Shown here piece after piece: positions 1 to 10,604 of a stretch of DNA of 33,668 nucleotides. Numbering within the stretch: the first letter of the stretch is position 1; each line of letters starts with the position of its first letter. Source of the stretch: Halocafeteria seosinensis (Eukaryota). The stretch lies in assembly GCA_001687465.1 (NCBI GenBank), contig LVLI01000395.1:1-33668 (forward strand), written 5' to 3'. Position numbers and translations under genes: made by a program. The notes under the pieces were generated by a model. It did no database searches. It saw only the letters and a program-made list of their open reading frames with translations, and had not been told where the DNA came from.

Positions 1-290
1 GATGAAGCGTCTCCACCGCTCAAATCGATAGTCCCATTAATTTCACTCTCTTCAGACACCACTAAATGAAGGTACGCACCACCCTTCCCTCCTCCGTAAT
101 TGTCATCTCGGCCATGAGCACACCCACCACTACCCATCTCGCTAGGTAGGAACACGTCTCCGTACGCGAGCATTCCGTTTTCCTTCTTCACGAACGTTTC
201 CACGTCTTCTGGACTCCCCAGACCACCGTAGGAAGCACCACGGTGCGAGTTTGTGTTCGGACTTCCCGGTCCGCTACAACTTGGGTAGCC
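1..290. repeat. Intragenic direct repeat, copy A (truncated by the window edge)
   Basis: Matches 1447-1736 at offset 1446. I found two mismatches (48/1494 and 286/1732). Confidence 0.95.
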
Positions 291-2495
291 CTTCCCAATG
301 CCTTCAAGCTGACTCCCCTCACTGACATATAACCGTGAGGACAACAGCTCAATACGGCCAAAGAGAGACATGGTAGCCGCATCCAAGAGCGTTAGCATCG
401 AACGCGCTGTCAAATTCGAATGATACAAATTCAATTTGCCGTTCCCACTGAGGGTCAACGAAGTTAAATCGAACGGATCGTAACCTGTCGATTTGGTCCG
501 ATCAATGGTCATCTCAGCATTCCATGAGACACTAAGATCTTTCACACCACGCCATTGCCCTTTCACGACTATAGGCACAGATTTCACCGTTACCACGGAC
601 GGAGTTACAAACTCACCTTCCGGTTTGACATCGATTCCCACCGACGTCAACGCCAGTCCAACCTGATCGAGGTGATAGGTCCCCACACTCATCCGCATAA
701 ATACTGAGTCAGTTTGCTCATACAAACGTGCATACGTAAAGCCGTGTTTCAGTTCACTCGAGGACGCAGGAGTTGCAGGAATGGATGCGTCAATAGATGT
801 GGTGCCGAGCAAACCACTCTGGCCATCGACTATGGTCCATTTTGAGCTCGTATCGCCGGAAAGGTGCCCTATCGAAAAAGTGGATCTGTTGGCTGCTGTC
901 ATCTCGGTCAAATACCATCGGAGACCGCCCCGTCGCACAAGTCGAACCGACTCAAAATGCAAAGACTCTTCAGGTTGGATCAATACGGCATCCAAAGGGG
1001 TATCCAAGTTATTTTGCCCATTGTCTACAATCAAATGACTGGACGCGTTCTTCCCGCATTCGTGGTAAAATGTGCCAGGACCGGAGTGTGAATAAGACGT
1101 AGGGTCCTCAGGACTTGACGTGTACGATATACCACCAAACGCTTCCACCGTGAAGACATCTAAACCATGATCATCGAACACGCTGTCACAATACATTGCT
1201 ACGCGACCTCCACCACCACCCAAACCATCACGTGAGTGACTTTTAACTCGGCCTCCCATTCCTCCATTCACTTTGATTCGGCCAAAACTGTCTTTCAGAT
1301 GTCCAGTGCGAAACAGTAGGGCGCCTCCCGATCCTCCACCAGGCCTGTACATCCAACGGTATATAGACACACAAATACATACAACACATGGATACACTAC
1401 AAATCCATAAGGTAAAGCCACTCACCCGTTCCTGTCACGTCGACCAGATGAAGCGTCTCCACCGCTCAAATCGATAGTCCCATTAATTTCACTTTCTTCA
1501 GACACCACTAAATGAAGGTACGCACCACCCTTCCCTCCTCCGTAATTGTCATCTCGGCCATGAGCACACCCACCACTACCCATCTCGCTAGGTAGGAACA
1601 CGTCTCCGTACGCGAGCATTCCGTTTTCCTTCTTCACGAACGTTTCCACGTCTTCTGGACTCCCCAGACCACCGTAGGAAGCACCACGGTGCGAGTTTGT
1701 GTTCGGACTTCCCGGTCCGCTACAACTTGGGAAGCCTCTACCCTTGCCGTCGATTGTGGCACCTTCAGATAGCTTGAGATAGTGTGCTTTGAGTTCACTC
1801 TTCTCATTGATTATCGATGTAGCAGATTCCTCGTACTGAAGGGTGTGAGTCAAGATGGTTTCTGAGTTTGCTCCGTGGATTACTCTGCCGCTGCCTGACA
1901 CGAGTAGAGCTCGTAGTTGTGCGTGAGACTTGGGGGCAAGTGTAAGGGAGCTTTCAGCTTTCAGAATTACGTCAACCGTTCCATTTACACGTCCTGTAAT
2001 CTTTATCCCTTTGGAAGTCGCAGTGGTGGTTCTAGACTCCTGATGGAAGTGAACAAGGTTGAGTTCAACAGCTTCGAATTTGAAGGACACACTGGATAAA
2101 CCTGCGCAACAGAAGCGTCTTGCAGGTAAAGAAACATAAAAGGCACAGCATTTCTTTTAACCAGTACAGCAAATTGGCATACCTTGTGTCTCAATCACAC
2201 CAGAGACTGCAGCCTCAGAGAGCGAGAATGACGTGGATTCGCCAATCGGTCCGGTGAAAATCAGGCGTCCCCCTTCTTGTACGTTAACAGCATTCAATGC
2301 AGAGACAGTTTTCGTATCAAGATAGCATGTCTCACCCGCATATGCTGTGACATTTTTGTCTTCGACACGACACTGCGTAGCACTCCCAATGGAGAAGCAC
2401 ATTGCCATTATCGAACCGAGAAAGACGATGTGCTGTTCCCCCCTGGAAGGCCCCTTTGGGTAGTTCCTTTGCCCAGGACGCGTTTGCGACACCAT
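1..2495 (-). CDS. Giant secreted/surface Gly-rich repeat protein, 5' part (runs off the left edge)
   Basis: Exons 2495-2183, 2101-1426 and 1344-<1 join in frame across two 81-nt GT-AG introns. Hydrophobic N-terminal segment (IVFLGSIMAMCFSIGSA). Repeat-module motifs GxGFPSCSGPG, GASYGGLG, MGSGG, GGGKGGAYLHL, GPGGGSGGALL, GGGGGRVA, GPGTFY, LIVDN. Start is uncertain: ATG 2495, ATG 2408, or ATG 2623 via a possible in-frame intron 2525-2443. The ORF track misses exon 3 because it has no stop inside the window. Confidence 0.8.
1447..1736. repeat. Intragenic direct repeat, copy B
   Basis: Near-identical to 1-290. Encodes the same Gly-rich module (PSCSGPGSPNT...IDLSGGDASS). Confidence 0.95.
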
Positions 2496-3465
2496 AACCG
2501 ATCTGTATCGCTCTCTTAATCTCACGTTCCTCCGTCAAAACGGTTCCACGATTCAGTCAGTGCTCTTGCTGAGTAAGAACTTCCACTAAGAGAAACAGAA
2601 CAATCATGCAATGATACGAACATCCGTGCGAGCCGGGTCGCCCGTGCCGAGTCGGCAGGGAGTTGAAGTCCTACACTGTCGAACCAACACACCTTTGGAA
2701 AGTTTGTAGTGCCACCAGGTCGCAACGATGTGATCAATGATCATCCCCAATTGTCTCCGTTATTCCGATATTTGAGATTTCTGGCTCGGAACTTATGCGG
2801 CTGTTGTGTAATGGAACAAAAAGCATTGCGTACCGGCATCGCAACTTCACCGGCTCTTTCCCGCGTACCCGTACTGTATCTTCAACTCATCGTCGGGCAA
2901 GCTCGCGATCTCGCAGCCCATGTTCAGATGAATCCCGACAACCTGCTTTCCCAGACGTACAGGATTGCTCGTCATAAACATGCTACGGACGTTGTACTTC
3001 CATGAGCCATTTCTATGATGTTGTACTTATACCGTTATGGTATGGAGCCTATGCATAGTCAGTGGATAGTATGAAGACGTTTCAGAGCAGGGATGGTATG
3101 TGATATGATGTGCCTCCGCGCTATGGATTGCCTCATCTCAGACATCTGCTGGGCGTGCATGCAACACAGCGACATTTAGGCCCGAGTCACATACCGATTA
3201 CTGTACATTACATTGTACATACAATTGGGCACATCACAGTAATGCCCCTTCATTGTCCGAAGTCATAGCAGATGCGAGTTTGTGGAGTTGGGCGCTTGGC
3301 AAATAAATACCAGACTGCAAATACTACACTGTAGAGCGTGTTAGCAACCCGAAGAAATCACACTGATGAGCCTGAGGGTTGAGTGCGTTGTGTGAGACAT
3401 TGTTGGTGTCTTCAATACTGACTGAAGTCCAATGACTAGGTAGCTAGTCTCTAACGAGGGTTCTC

Positions 3466-3473
3466 TATAAATA
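3466..3473 (+). promoter_or_regulatory. TATA-like element about 30 nt upstream of the 5S rRNA gene
   Basis: TATAAATA starts 31 nt before the 5S 5' end, a usual position for Pol III upstream TATA elements. Confidence 0.6.
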
Positions 3474-3496
3474 CATGATTGTCAGCTTCCTCAATT

Positions 3497-3617
3497 GTCA
3501 GCGGCCATACTACGTAGAGTACACCGGACTCCCATCAGAACTCCGTTAGTTAAGCTGCGTTAGGCCTGGTCAGTACTGAGGTGGGGGACCACTCGGGAAG
3601 CCCAGGTGCTGCTGACT
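3497..3617 (+). rRNA. 5S ribosomal RNA
   Basis: About 120 nt, GTCAGCGGCCATAC...ACACCGGACTCCCATCAGAACTCCG...AGTTAAGC...GGTCAGTACT...GGGGACCACTCGGGAA...GTGCTGCTGAC. The 5' GTCAGCGGC pairs with the 3' GCTGCTGAC (helix I). Internal box A and box C-like sequences are present. Confidence 0.97.
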
Positions 3618-3626
3618 CATTGAACA

Positions 3627-3643
3627 TTTTTTTTTTTTTTTTT
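3627..3643 (+). terminator. RNA polymerase III terminator (T17)
   Basis: Run of 17 T about 10 nt after the 5S 3' end. Confidence 0.85.
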
Positions 3644-4490
3644 AACTTTTATCTTCTCGTTTTATGGAGTAACCTCTACGGACCGAACCATACAATTGAT
3701 ACTGGTTTGAGCGAGCGATGGTCCAAAATGCTCTGGCGTCAAACCCATACTTCGCGCCCAAGTCGATGTCGGTCTCGACAGGCCCTTGATGACCTGACGG
3801 TAATGTTTCCTTCTCTCAGACAAGGGGAAAACGTTGGCCCTTTCGCACTTGGTAGAGTCATAAATTACTTTCCCAACCATTCAGTAGATGTTCAGTTCAG
3901 TGGAAGCGTGTCGAATGCGGAAGGCAACTAATCTGGTACTGTACATTTCTGACGTTAGTATTTAATGATTGACGGATGCTTTAAACCTAAACAGTGGTCT
4001 GATCGGCATTAAGTATTCAGAAGCTGTGGCCGGGAAACTGTTTTAGGAAGGCATCAATGAGTTACAGTGTCTACGGAGTATTTGCACGCCCCCAAACACG
4101 ACTCTGGTAAGCTTTATCTACATGAATGTCCGGTATCGATGAAATAAGAAGCAAAATCAGTAAAATATATCGGTACTCGGGTAAGAGAGGCCGTTTTGGT
4201 CATCACTTTCACTCCACTGTAGGTGTTTTGATTAATTGCAGGAAGCAGCCGCCCAGCAAGAACCTCAAAACGCTAGAATTAGCGACAGACCAATCAAAAA
4301 GAAAAAAGCTCGTACAACACAATGCACGCGCGATTTCCGTCAACGTGTCCCCACTCCCGTGGCAAACGCGGGGAGGGTAGAACATGAGGTATATCTTCGA
4401 GGCAGCAAATATGTCGTCATCTTTGTGCGCACGTGAATATGATGCATGAGGAAGGAGACTACAGGCACCATGCTAGACATCCCCTTATGC

Positions 4491-5488
4491 TCATTTCTCG
4501 GTTTCACTCCCATCAGCTTGAGAGCGATCGATAACTGCAGCAGCTAACTGTTGATCTAGTTCTTCATCTTGCTTCTTCTTATCATATTCTTCAGCGACTC
4601 GCTGTTTTGTTATTTCTTTCAAACGCCTCGTCTCCACACTTTTCTTAGCAACCATTGCATCGATTTGTGCTGCTCTCTTTTTTATTTGCTGGAGTTTGGC
4701 CTCATATTCCGGAATCTGCGCAAAGAGTTGCTTCAATTCATACAATCGGCGGGCAGTGGGATGATCAGGAATGTTCTTTCCAGGATAATCAGTCTTGTGT
4801 TGCTCCTCTTTGCCAGGCGACGCTTCTTTCTGGGGAGTGGATGGGTGCGAATAACTGGCGGAACGCTGATTACTCTGTGTCTGTTCCTCGGAGCCGCCGC
4901 TTGAGGCAGTAGCTACAGCGGTGTCCGAGCTGCTGGTGGATGCCTTTGAAGTTGGCCGACGGAGCATAGATAATATCATCTTCCCATAGTCCACTTTTTG
5001 GCGATAGGGCCCTCCCAGAGCCTCCCATTCCTCGACAAGTGTATAGTTGAGCATCTGCAACGCGAGCGGGTTGGTGAAGTTCGCAACAGAGCCATCACAT
5101 TTTGCACAAAACTCACCTTCTGGTTCTCTTGCACGTCAATTAATCTATCACTCAGGTACTGTAAGGTAGGCTCCATACTTTCCAAGATTGAGCTGGGACC
5201 TCCAGAGCGTCCTTCTTGAATATTCTGACCCATGGCTTGCCGAATTGACGTGCGCTGCTCTGAAGGAAGGCTTTCCTCCACCGGTCCCGTATAGCTTTCC
5301 TCTTCACCCTCTTTTGCGCCGCTAGCAAAGGCTGTATCTTTGCCATGGGCGGCTGCAGTGTCCTGTACGGCTCGTTTTGAGCCCTGTTTGGTCTCATCTT
5401 CGGGTTCGGACTCCAGAGTGTCCGTGCTGCTGGTGCTTCCTTGGGAGGATTCCTCCTCCCCTTCACCTACTCTCTCCGCATCGCTCAT
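4491..5488 (-). CDS. Coiled-coil protein, BLOC-1 subunit 6 (pallidin)/snapin-like, 311 aa
   Basis: Exons 5488-5117 and 5054-4491 (62-nt GTGAGT...TTGCAG intron, in frame). Acidic N-terminus, then PTLQYLSDRLIDVQENQKMLNYTLVEE and LKQLFAQIPEYEAKLQQIKKRAAQID...RRLK. These resemble the two helical blocks of pallidin as I recall them. Confidence 0.6.
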
Positions 5489-5930
5489 TGCGTTTCTCCA
5501 CGGTATGCACAAGCAAACACCACACTGTTCATTCAATCCTTGATTCCTTCGTCTGGTGGCCGCCTCGCAACTTCACAAGGGCGTTGGCAGCGTTTGTTTT
5601 GTTTTCCGCACCTTGTCGGTTGGGGCCTGGACACTTTTTGCGGGGAAGGGGGCTAAAAAATCGCCCCCTTTCTCGGGCCATTTTAAGCTCTTTCCAGTGA
5701 TTGTTAGCTTCTGCGTCATGCATGGTTCGATAGTATTTTCAAAACTGGTTCGTATGAGACAGAACGGGTCTGTGCACAGGGGAAATAAGTGGTGTATTTG
5801 AGCCATCAAAGACGCAAAGGAACCCCACGGCCGCCGCGCTTTTCTCGCCCAGGATCTTTTCAGCTAAAGGGTCTTTTTCGCCCTATTCAAGGGTGAAACA
5901 AGGGTATCCAACGTACAAGTGCTAATCAAA

Positions 5931-7741
5931 ATGGCGTATGCATCGCCCTCGTACCAGCAACAGTCTCGTGCTGTGGCGCAACAGTCGCCACATAGCCAGG
6001 ATTCACAAAGCGTCGAACGAGAACTATGGAATATCTTCACGTTTTATACATTGGCAGGTAAGTCCTTTCCCGGCTCGATTTCTGGTTTCCAGAGTGTATT
6101 TTGAGACGGAACGAATGGCCTTCCGTGGGTTCTGGAAGGAGGGGTTGAACTGTGTGTAGTCGGTGCCAAAAAAACCTGCATGGTTCGAAATCTTGGAAGA
6201 TGATACGAAGCGAAGTGGACTCTCAATACGCATGTTTTCTTCTGTATTGTTGTTACAGGTGCTGCTACTGATCCTGAACACCTTCGGGTAAGTGAAATTT
6301 CCTTGAAAGGGTTTTAGGAGCATCATGGAAGCATCATATCTTGTTACAGGCAACCCAATTTGTCCGATTTGGTCGCGACGTAGGGTTAATTGGGCCCAAC
6401 CAGGTATCAGAAGCAGAAGAACCGTTATTAGAAGCAGATTTGCATGTAGCATACACGGCTGGTACGTACCTGCTCAATGCTGCGCTTCGGAGAATACGCG
6501 TGTGTACTTACAAGGTATCCATGCAGAAGTCAAGAGGCCAAACCGCTCCGGGATGCACAGAATGAACTACAATGACTTCCTTACAGTTCTAATGAAATTA
6601 TCAGTGAGGGTATGTTTTCCAAGTGGGTGTATGATAGTGGCATTCCCAGCAAGTTGTGCGCTGGTAGCAGGTGTACCCGTCCGCGCGGAGTATCGACGAG
6701 GCATTTCAGAGGCTACTGATGGAGAACGTTCTGCCATCGGCCTGGCGTAGGTATGTGGAGGCATTGAAATATTCTTCCAACGTCTGAGCGAAATGTTCAA
6801 TCGGCTCCTAGCTCGTCTATCGACGCAGGAATGTAGAACCAGTCGACGATGTCCTTTATGATCCAGACGTACAAAGGTTGTATGCGTTTTTCAGGGATGC
6901 TTTAGAACAGATATTCCAATTCTACGCCACGAACCCTAGTGTAAGCTCTCCCGGGAAGAAAGAATCACCAAGGGCGACAGGCCGCTCACCTCTCTCTCGG
7001 GCATCCAACAGTATGAAGAGCGCCCTTGGTTACCCAGAATTCCTAAAATTTGCCTCAGACTTTAACCTCGCAAATTCTGTGCTCCTCTCTACAAGAGAAC
7101 TCGGAGATATCTACTTATCAAGTATTCACAACATTCAGCCAGATGCTACCATTCGGAAGCTCTCATTCGACGAGTTCTGGGAATCGCTGGTACGGTGCGC
7201 GGAGCGAGCGTACGGAAAAATTAGTCATGCTTCTCCGTTGGACAGGATTCGTGGACTTTTCCTCTACATGTGGCGCTCTATCACTACTAACGTACCCCAT
7301 ACTGTTCAACATCGACAGGGAATTTCCACGTATGCAGGTGATCTGCTCTCGGGAGCTATGCTTTTCAACAAAAGGTTTACAGCAATGTGGGCTGAAGACG
7401 GTTACCGTGACTATTTGTCTCCAGATGCTCCTCGAGAAGAGAGTGGTAAAGCTGTCTTAAACCGCTTGACGAATAGCGAGTCGGGAATGTCTGCTTTGCA
7501 GCGAGCGCTTCCCGATATGTCGAATGAATCCCCTACTAACAACAGTGGCTATCCAATGTTTGGGGGTCACCCGATGACGAGCCCAATGAAAGGTGGGCAC
7601 TCCAGCGGCACTGTCAAGGCACCCGGACCGCCTTCTGGACCTCCGCCACCTTCTGCTTACATTGAGAGTGCCAATGGGGGTAGTACCAAAGGTGGATCCC
7701 AAAGCCTTAGCACCTCTGACTTTTACAGTCGCCATCGGTGA
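5931..7741 (+). CDS. Uncharacterised protein with tandem p25alpha(TPPP)/EF-hand-like helical domains, 447 aa
   Basis: Exons 5931-6057, 6259-6287, 6350-6461, 6527-6609, 6671-6750 and 6829-7741 give a continuous frame (1344 nt). Two similar units: LWNIFTFYT...QFVRFGRDVGLI...DLHVAY...MNYNDFLTVLMKLSVRVY and LEQIFQFYA...EFLKFASDFNL...ELGDIY...LSFDEFWESLVRCAERAY. Pro/Ser/Gly-rich tail. The gene model is solid; the function is tentative. Confidence 0.7.
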
Positions 7742-7898
7742 GTTAGGGATAGTGCGTGTCTTGAAAGTGAATTAACATCGGTATCCTACAAGTTTGGTGG
7801 GGAGTATGTGAATGTGCCCGTCATATAGTACCTAAATTTCCAGCAGTAGCTACTGTATCGATTCAGATATGAGTAGTTTGACGGCGCTAGACAGTCTG

Positions 7899-9291
7899 TC
7901 ACGCGGACGGATCTGCAAGGCTTGTCTCATTCGGCTGTTTAATTGGCCCGGGACCGGCCTGCACGTACAAGAAGCATTGAATTCATCCAAACCGATCTCA
8001 CCCTCACGGGCCATGACTCACCTTGGTAGCGTAAATGTATCTAATTCCTCCAGAAGATCTGTTCTCCGATGTGCATTGTAGACGGGGGACCTCGTCAACC
8101 CTCTGAGCCTCTTCAAGGATAGAGGGTTTCGAGATATGTGACTTCCACTGCCCTACACGCTCCTTGTGATTCGCCACAGCCTGAGGCGTCCCAGGAGGGG
8201 CAAAATGTTCACCGATGACGCTGAGTATATGAGGGACGTGTTCGTCTAGTGTATACAAAACTGCGTTGGGGCCTGCATCAAATGTATACGCCACTCTTAG
8301 ATGACTCTCCTCATCCGTATAGCCATCATTGATCTTGTGACAAAGTTGAATGATGCGACGAGAAGTATCGTTCATATAGAACACGGGAGGATAAGTATCC
8401 AAGCAGCACGCATGAAATTGATTGCTATCTTGCATTGTCAATTTTCCAAATGTGTCGAAGTCTCTTTCAAGATATGCAGCTTCCAGGGCTTTCAGTCGTT
8501 CGGGGACGACGGATTCAGCTCGGTACTTCAGCAATTCAGAGGTTTTCACACTGTTTATCATCCCTTTGGTACTACCTGTTTCCTTTTTCTCGTCACTGAC
8601 AACACATATGAGGACACGAAGATTCGGCCAGTGATTTTCTTTGGCTACTTGGACCGCAATGCTATCCGAGCCGTCAGGTTTTGACCCTTTATTCCATCGC
8701 ACAAATCCACCGAATAAGCTCCTACTAGCACTCCCACTGCCTTGACGCGCTATGTCTGTGATCTTGTCCAGTCCATAGTTCTCCTCGCCTGGGGCTGCAA
8801 GACCGTACACATCGGCCAGTGCCGCTGCCAACGCAGCATATCCGGCGGCTGAGGAAGCCAATCCAGCTGCCGTCGGGAACGTATTCTTGGATACAATATG
8901 GACATGGCCTTCCAATCGACTTGTAGCTTGCCCTAGGGCAGCTGCCCTCTCGCGAATCAGTCGAAGTACAGTCTGAACTCGCTTATTGGCTGTAATGTCT
9001 TCTTCCCTGCAGTCTCGGAAAGTCCATTTCCCTTGCAGACTCTCAACGAGACGCGACGAGGAGGCACACTTACGTATCGTTGAGCCATAATCTATCTTTA
9101 TCAAAGTTTTTTGCCAGAATGACAGTGGTCTTGGCGTGTAAATCGTCCTGATCCAATGTGACACTGACGGAGCTATTGATGGGGAGGTTGAGATCCCCAC
9201 AGTTGAGTTGTTTGCCCCAATACTTGATGACCGCGATGTTGGTCGGCGCCGTATAGGTGGCGGACGCAATGATTTCAGATGAGGACGACAT
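7899..9291 (-). CDS. MVD: Diphosphomevalonate decarboxylase, 420 aa
   Basis: Exons 9291-9074, 9006-8022 and 7958-7899. Motifs APTNIAVIKYWGK, LNLPINSSVSVTL, NTFPTAAGLASSAAGYA, ARQGSGSASRSLFGGFV, DSNQFHACCLDTYPP, AYTFDAGPNAVLY, TKAGPGP. Confidence 0.97.
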
Positions 9292-10604
9292 AGTGAGCGA
9301 CCGAAAAAAAAAATGTGTGAATATTGACACAAACAAACACAACCAAACACCTTTAATATTCCTGTAGTACTACAGGGCGGTGTGAAGGTAGCCTAGGAAC
9401 TTCTAGCAGGAAGGCTAGATAGCCTAGACTAGAAGCAACAGATTTGAAACTATATTTGACGAGTTTTTTTTTTTGGAATGAGCATTGGAATACATGTTTT
9501 GATGCTCTCAAAGTACGAGGGCTTGCGAATGGAGATCATCAAAGTTACCACGGACGCAATTTTGTAATACAAATGTAAATATGCAACGCAACGGGAGTGG
9601 ATCACGTACCATTCGGTAGGTTTGGAGAGCATACCCGTGTGCTGGAGGAACGCACAAGTTCGCCCGTACCAGGATCTTAGGGAGCAATGGATGAACACAC
9701 TACGAAACCAGGAAATTCCACGCAAAGTGCAGTCCGGGCTACACGAGAAGCCATAACCTAGTCCGGGAAGAAGTCTTGCCTAGGCTACAGGCTTCACTTG
9801 GCCGTATGGGGAGTGTGAATCCTACCCGGAACCGCTTCTAGAATTCTCACGTTGTAGCGTGGTGCATCAACGTGATAGATAGTTTGGCCCTCATACAAGC
9901 TTCCGAAAGTTCCGCAACCAGTGGAGCAGGACGCCACACACATACATATATTGCGACGCCAAGTGGTGTATGCATTAGTGTATTGCTTCTACCGGAGGAG
10001 ATCTAGTCTACATGCTACGATGGGGCGTGAGAGTTGGCTATAGACTAAAGGAGAAGCAACCCGTTCAGGTAGCACTCTACATCTCACAGGGACAATTTGC
10101 CCTGAGATTCCAGGCTGGAAATCGACGATAAACGCACTATGGTTTATACAGTGTTCTTTAGAAGTGCATTAGGAATAGGGTTTGTCGTATTATTCAGGTA
10201 GAGTGAAGTTGCACCCACTGTAGCCCGCATGCACAACTTGGTTGTACACGTATTCGTACATGCGCCACCGACAATTTAGATGCGCCTAGTAAGAGCATGC
10301 CCAGGGAGGAAGGTTCGAGGTGTCCAAATCGATCGAAACCGTTCTTTGTAGATACGTGGCTTGATCTTCGACGAACCCGGGTAAGGTGTAGTGAAGTCTT
10401 CACTTTCTCTGTGAAGCTGTATTCGTACGAACAATTTGATTCACAACTTTGGTTGTAGTCCTGGTGTATAGTGCAATTGCCACGAATGTTAATAAATTAG
10501 CTAATTTAATTTGGTTGTGTGGCTTGTTTCTCAGGGCGCGTTTGAACCGCTTGCAATTTTTTTTTAACCCATCACAGTGGATGATGACGTTTCCAGCGTC
10601 GTCG

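Noticed and set aside
2709..3005. 98-aa ORF and other short intergenic ORFs (3581-3931, 3662-3880, 4126-4380, 9450-9725, 13590-13787, 31007-31228)
   Set aside because: Mostly non-ATG starts, no recognisable motifs or splice-consistent models; one overlaps the 5S gene and its terminator.
3355..3410. Hammerhead ribozyme or C/D snoRNA around CTGATGAG (3363)
   Set aside because: No correctly placed GAAA core or stems, and no terminal stem or sensible box spacing.
6170..6200. tRNA (GGTTCGAAATC T-loop-like)
   Set aside because: No cloverleaf or A box can be formed. The same applies to similar words at 5403, 5724 and 10312.
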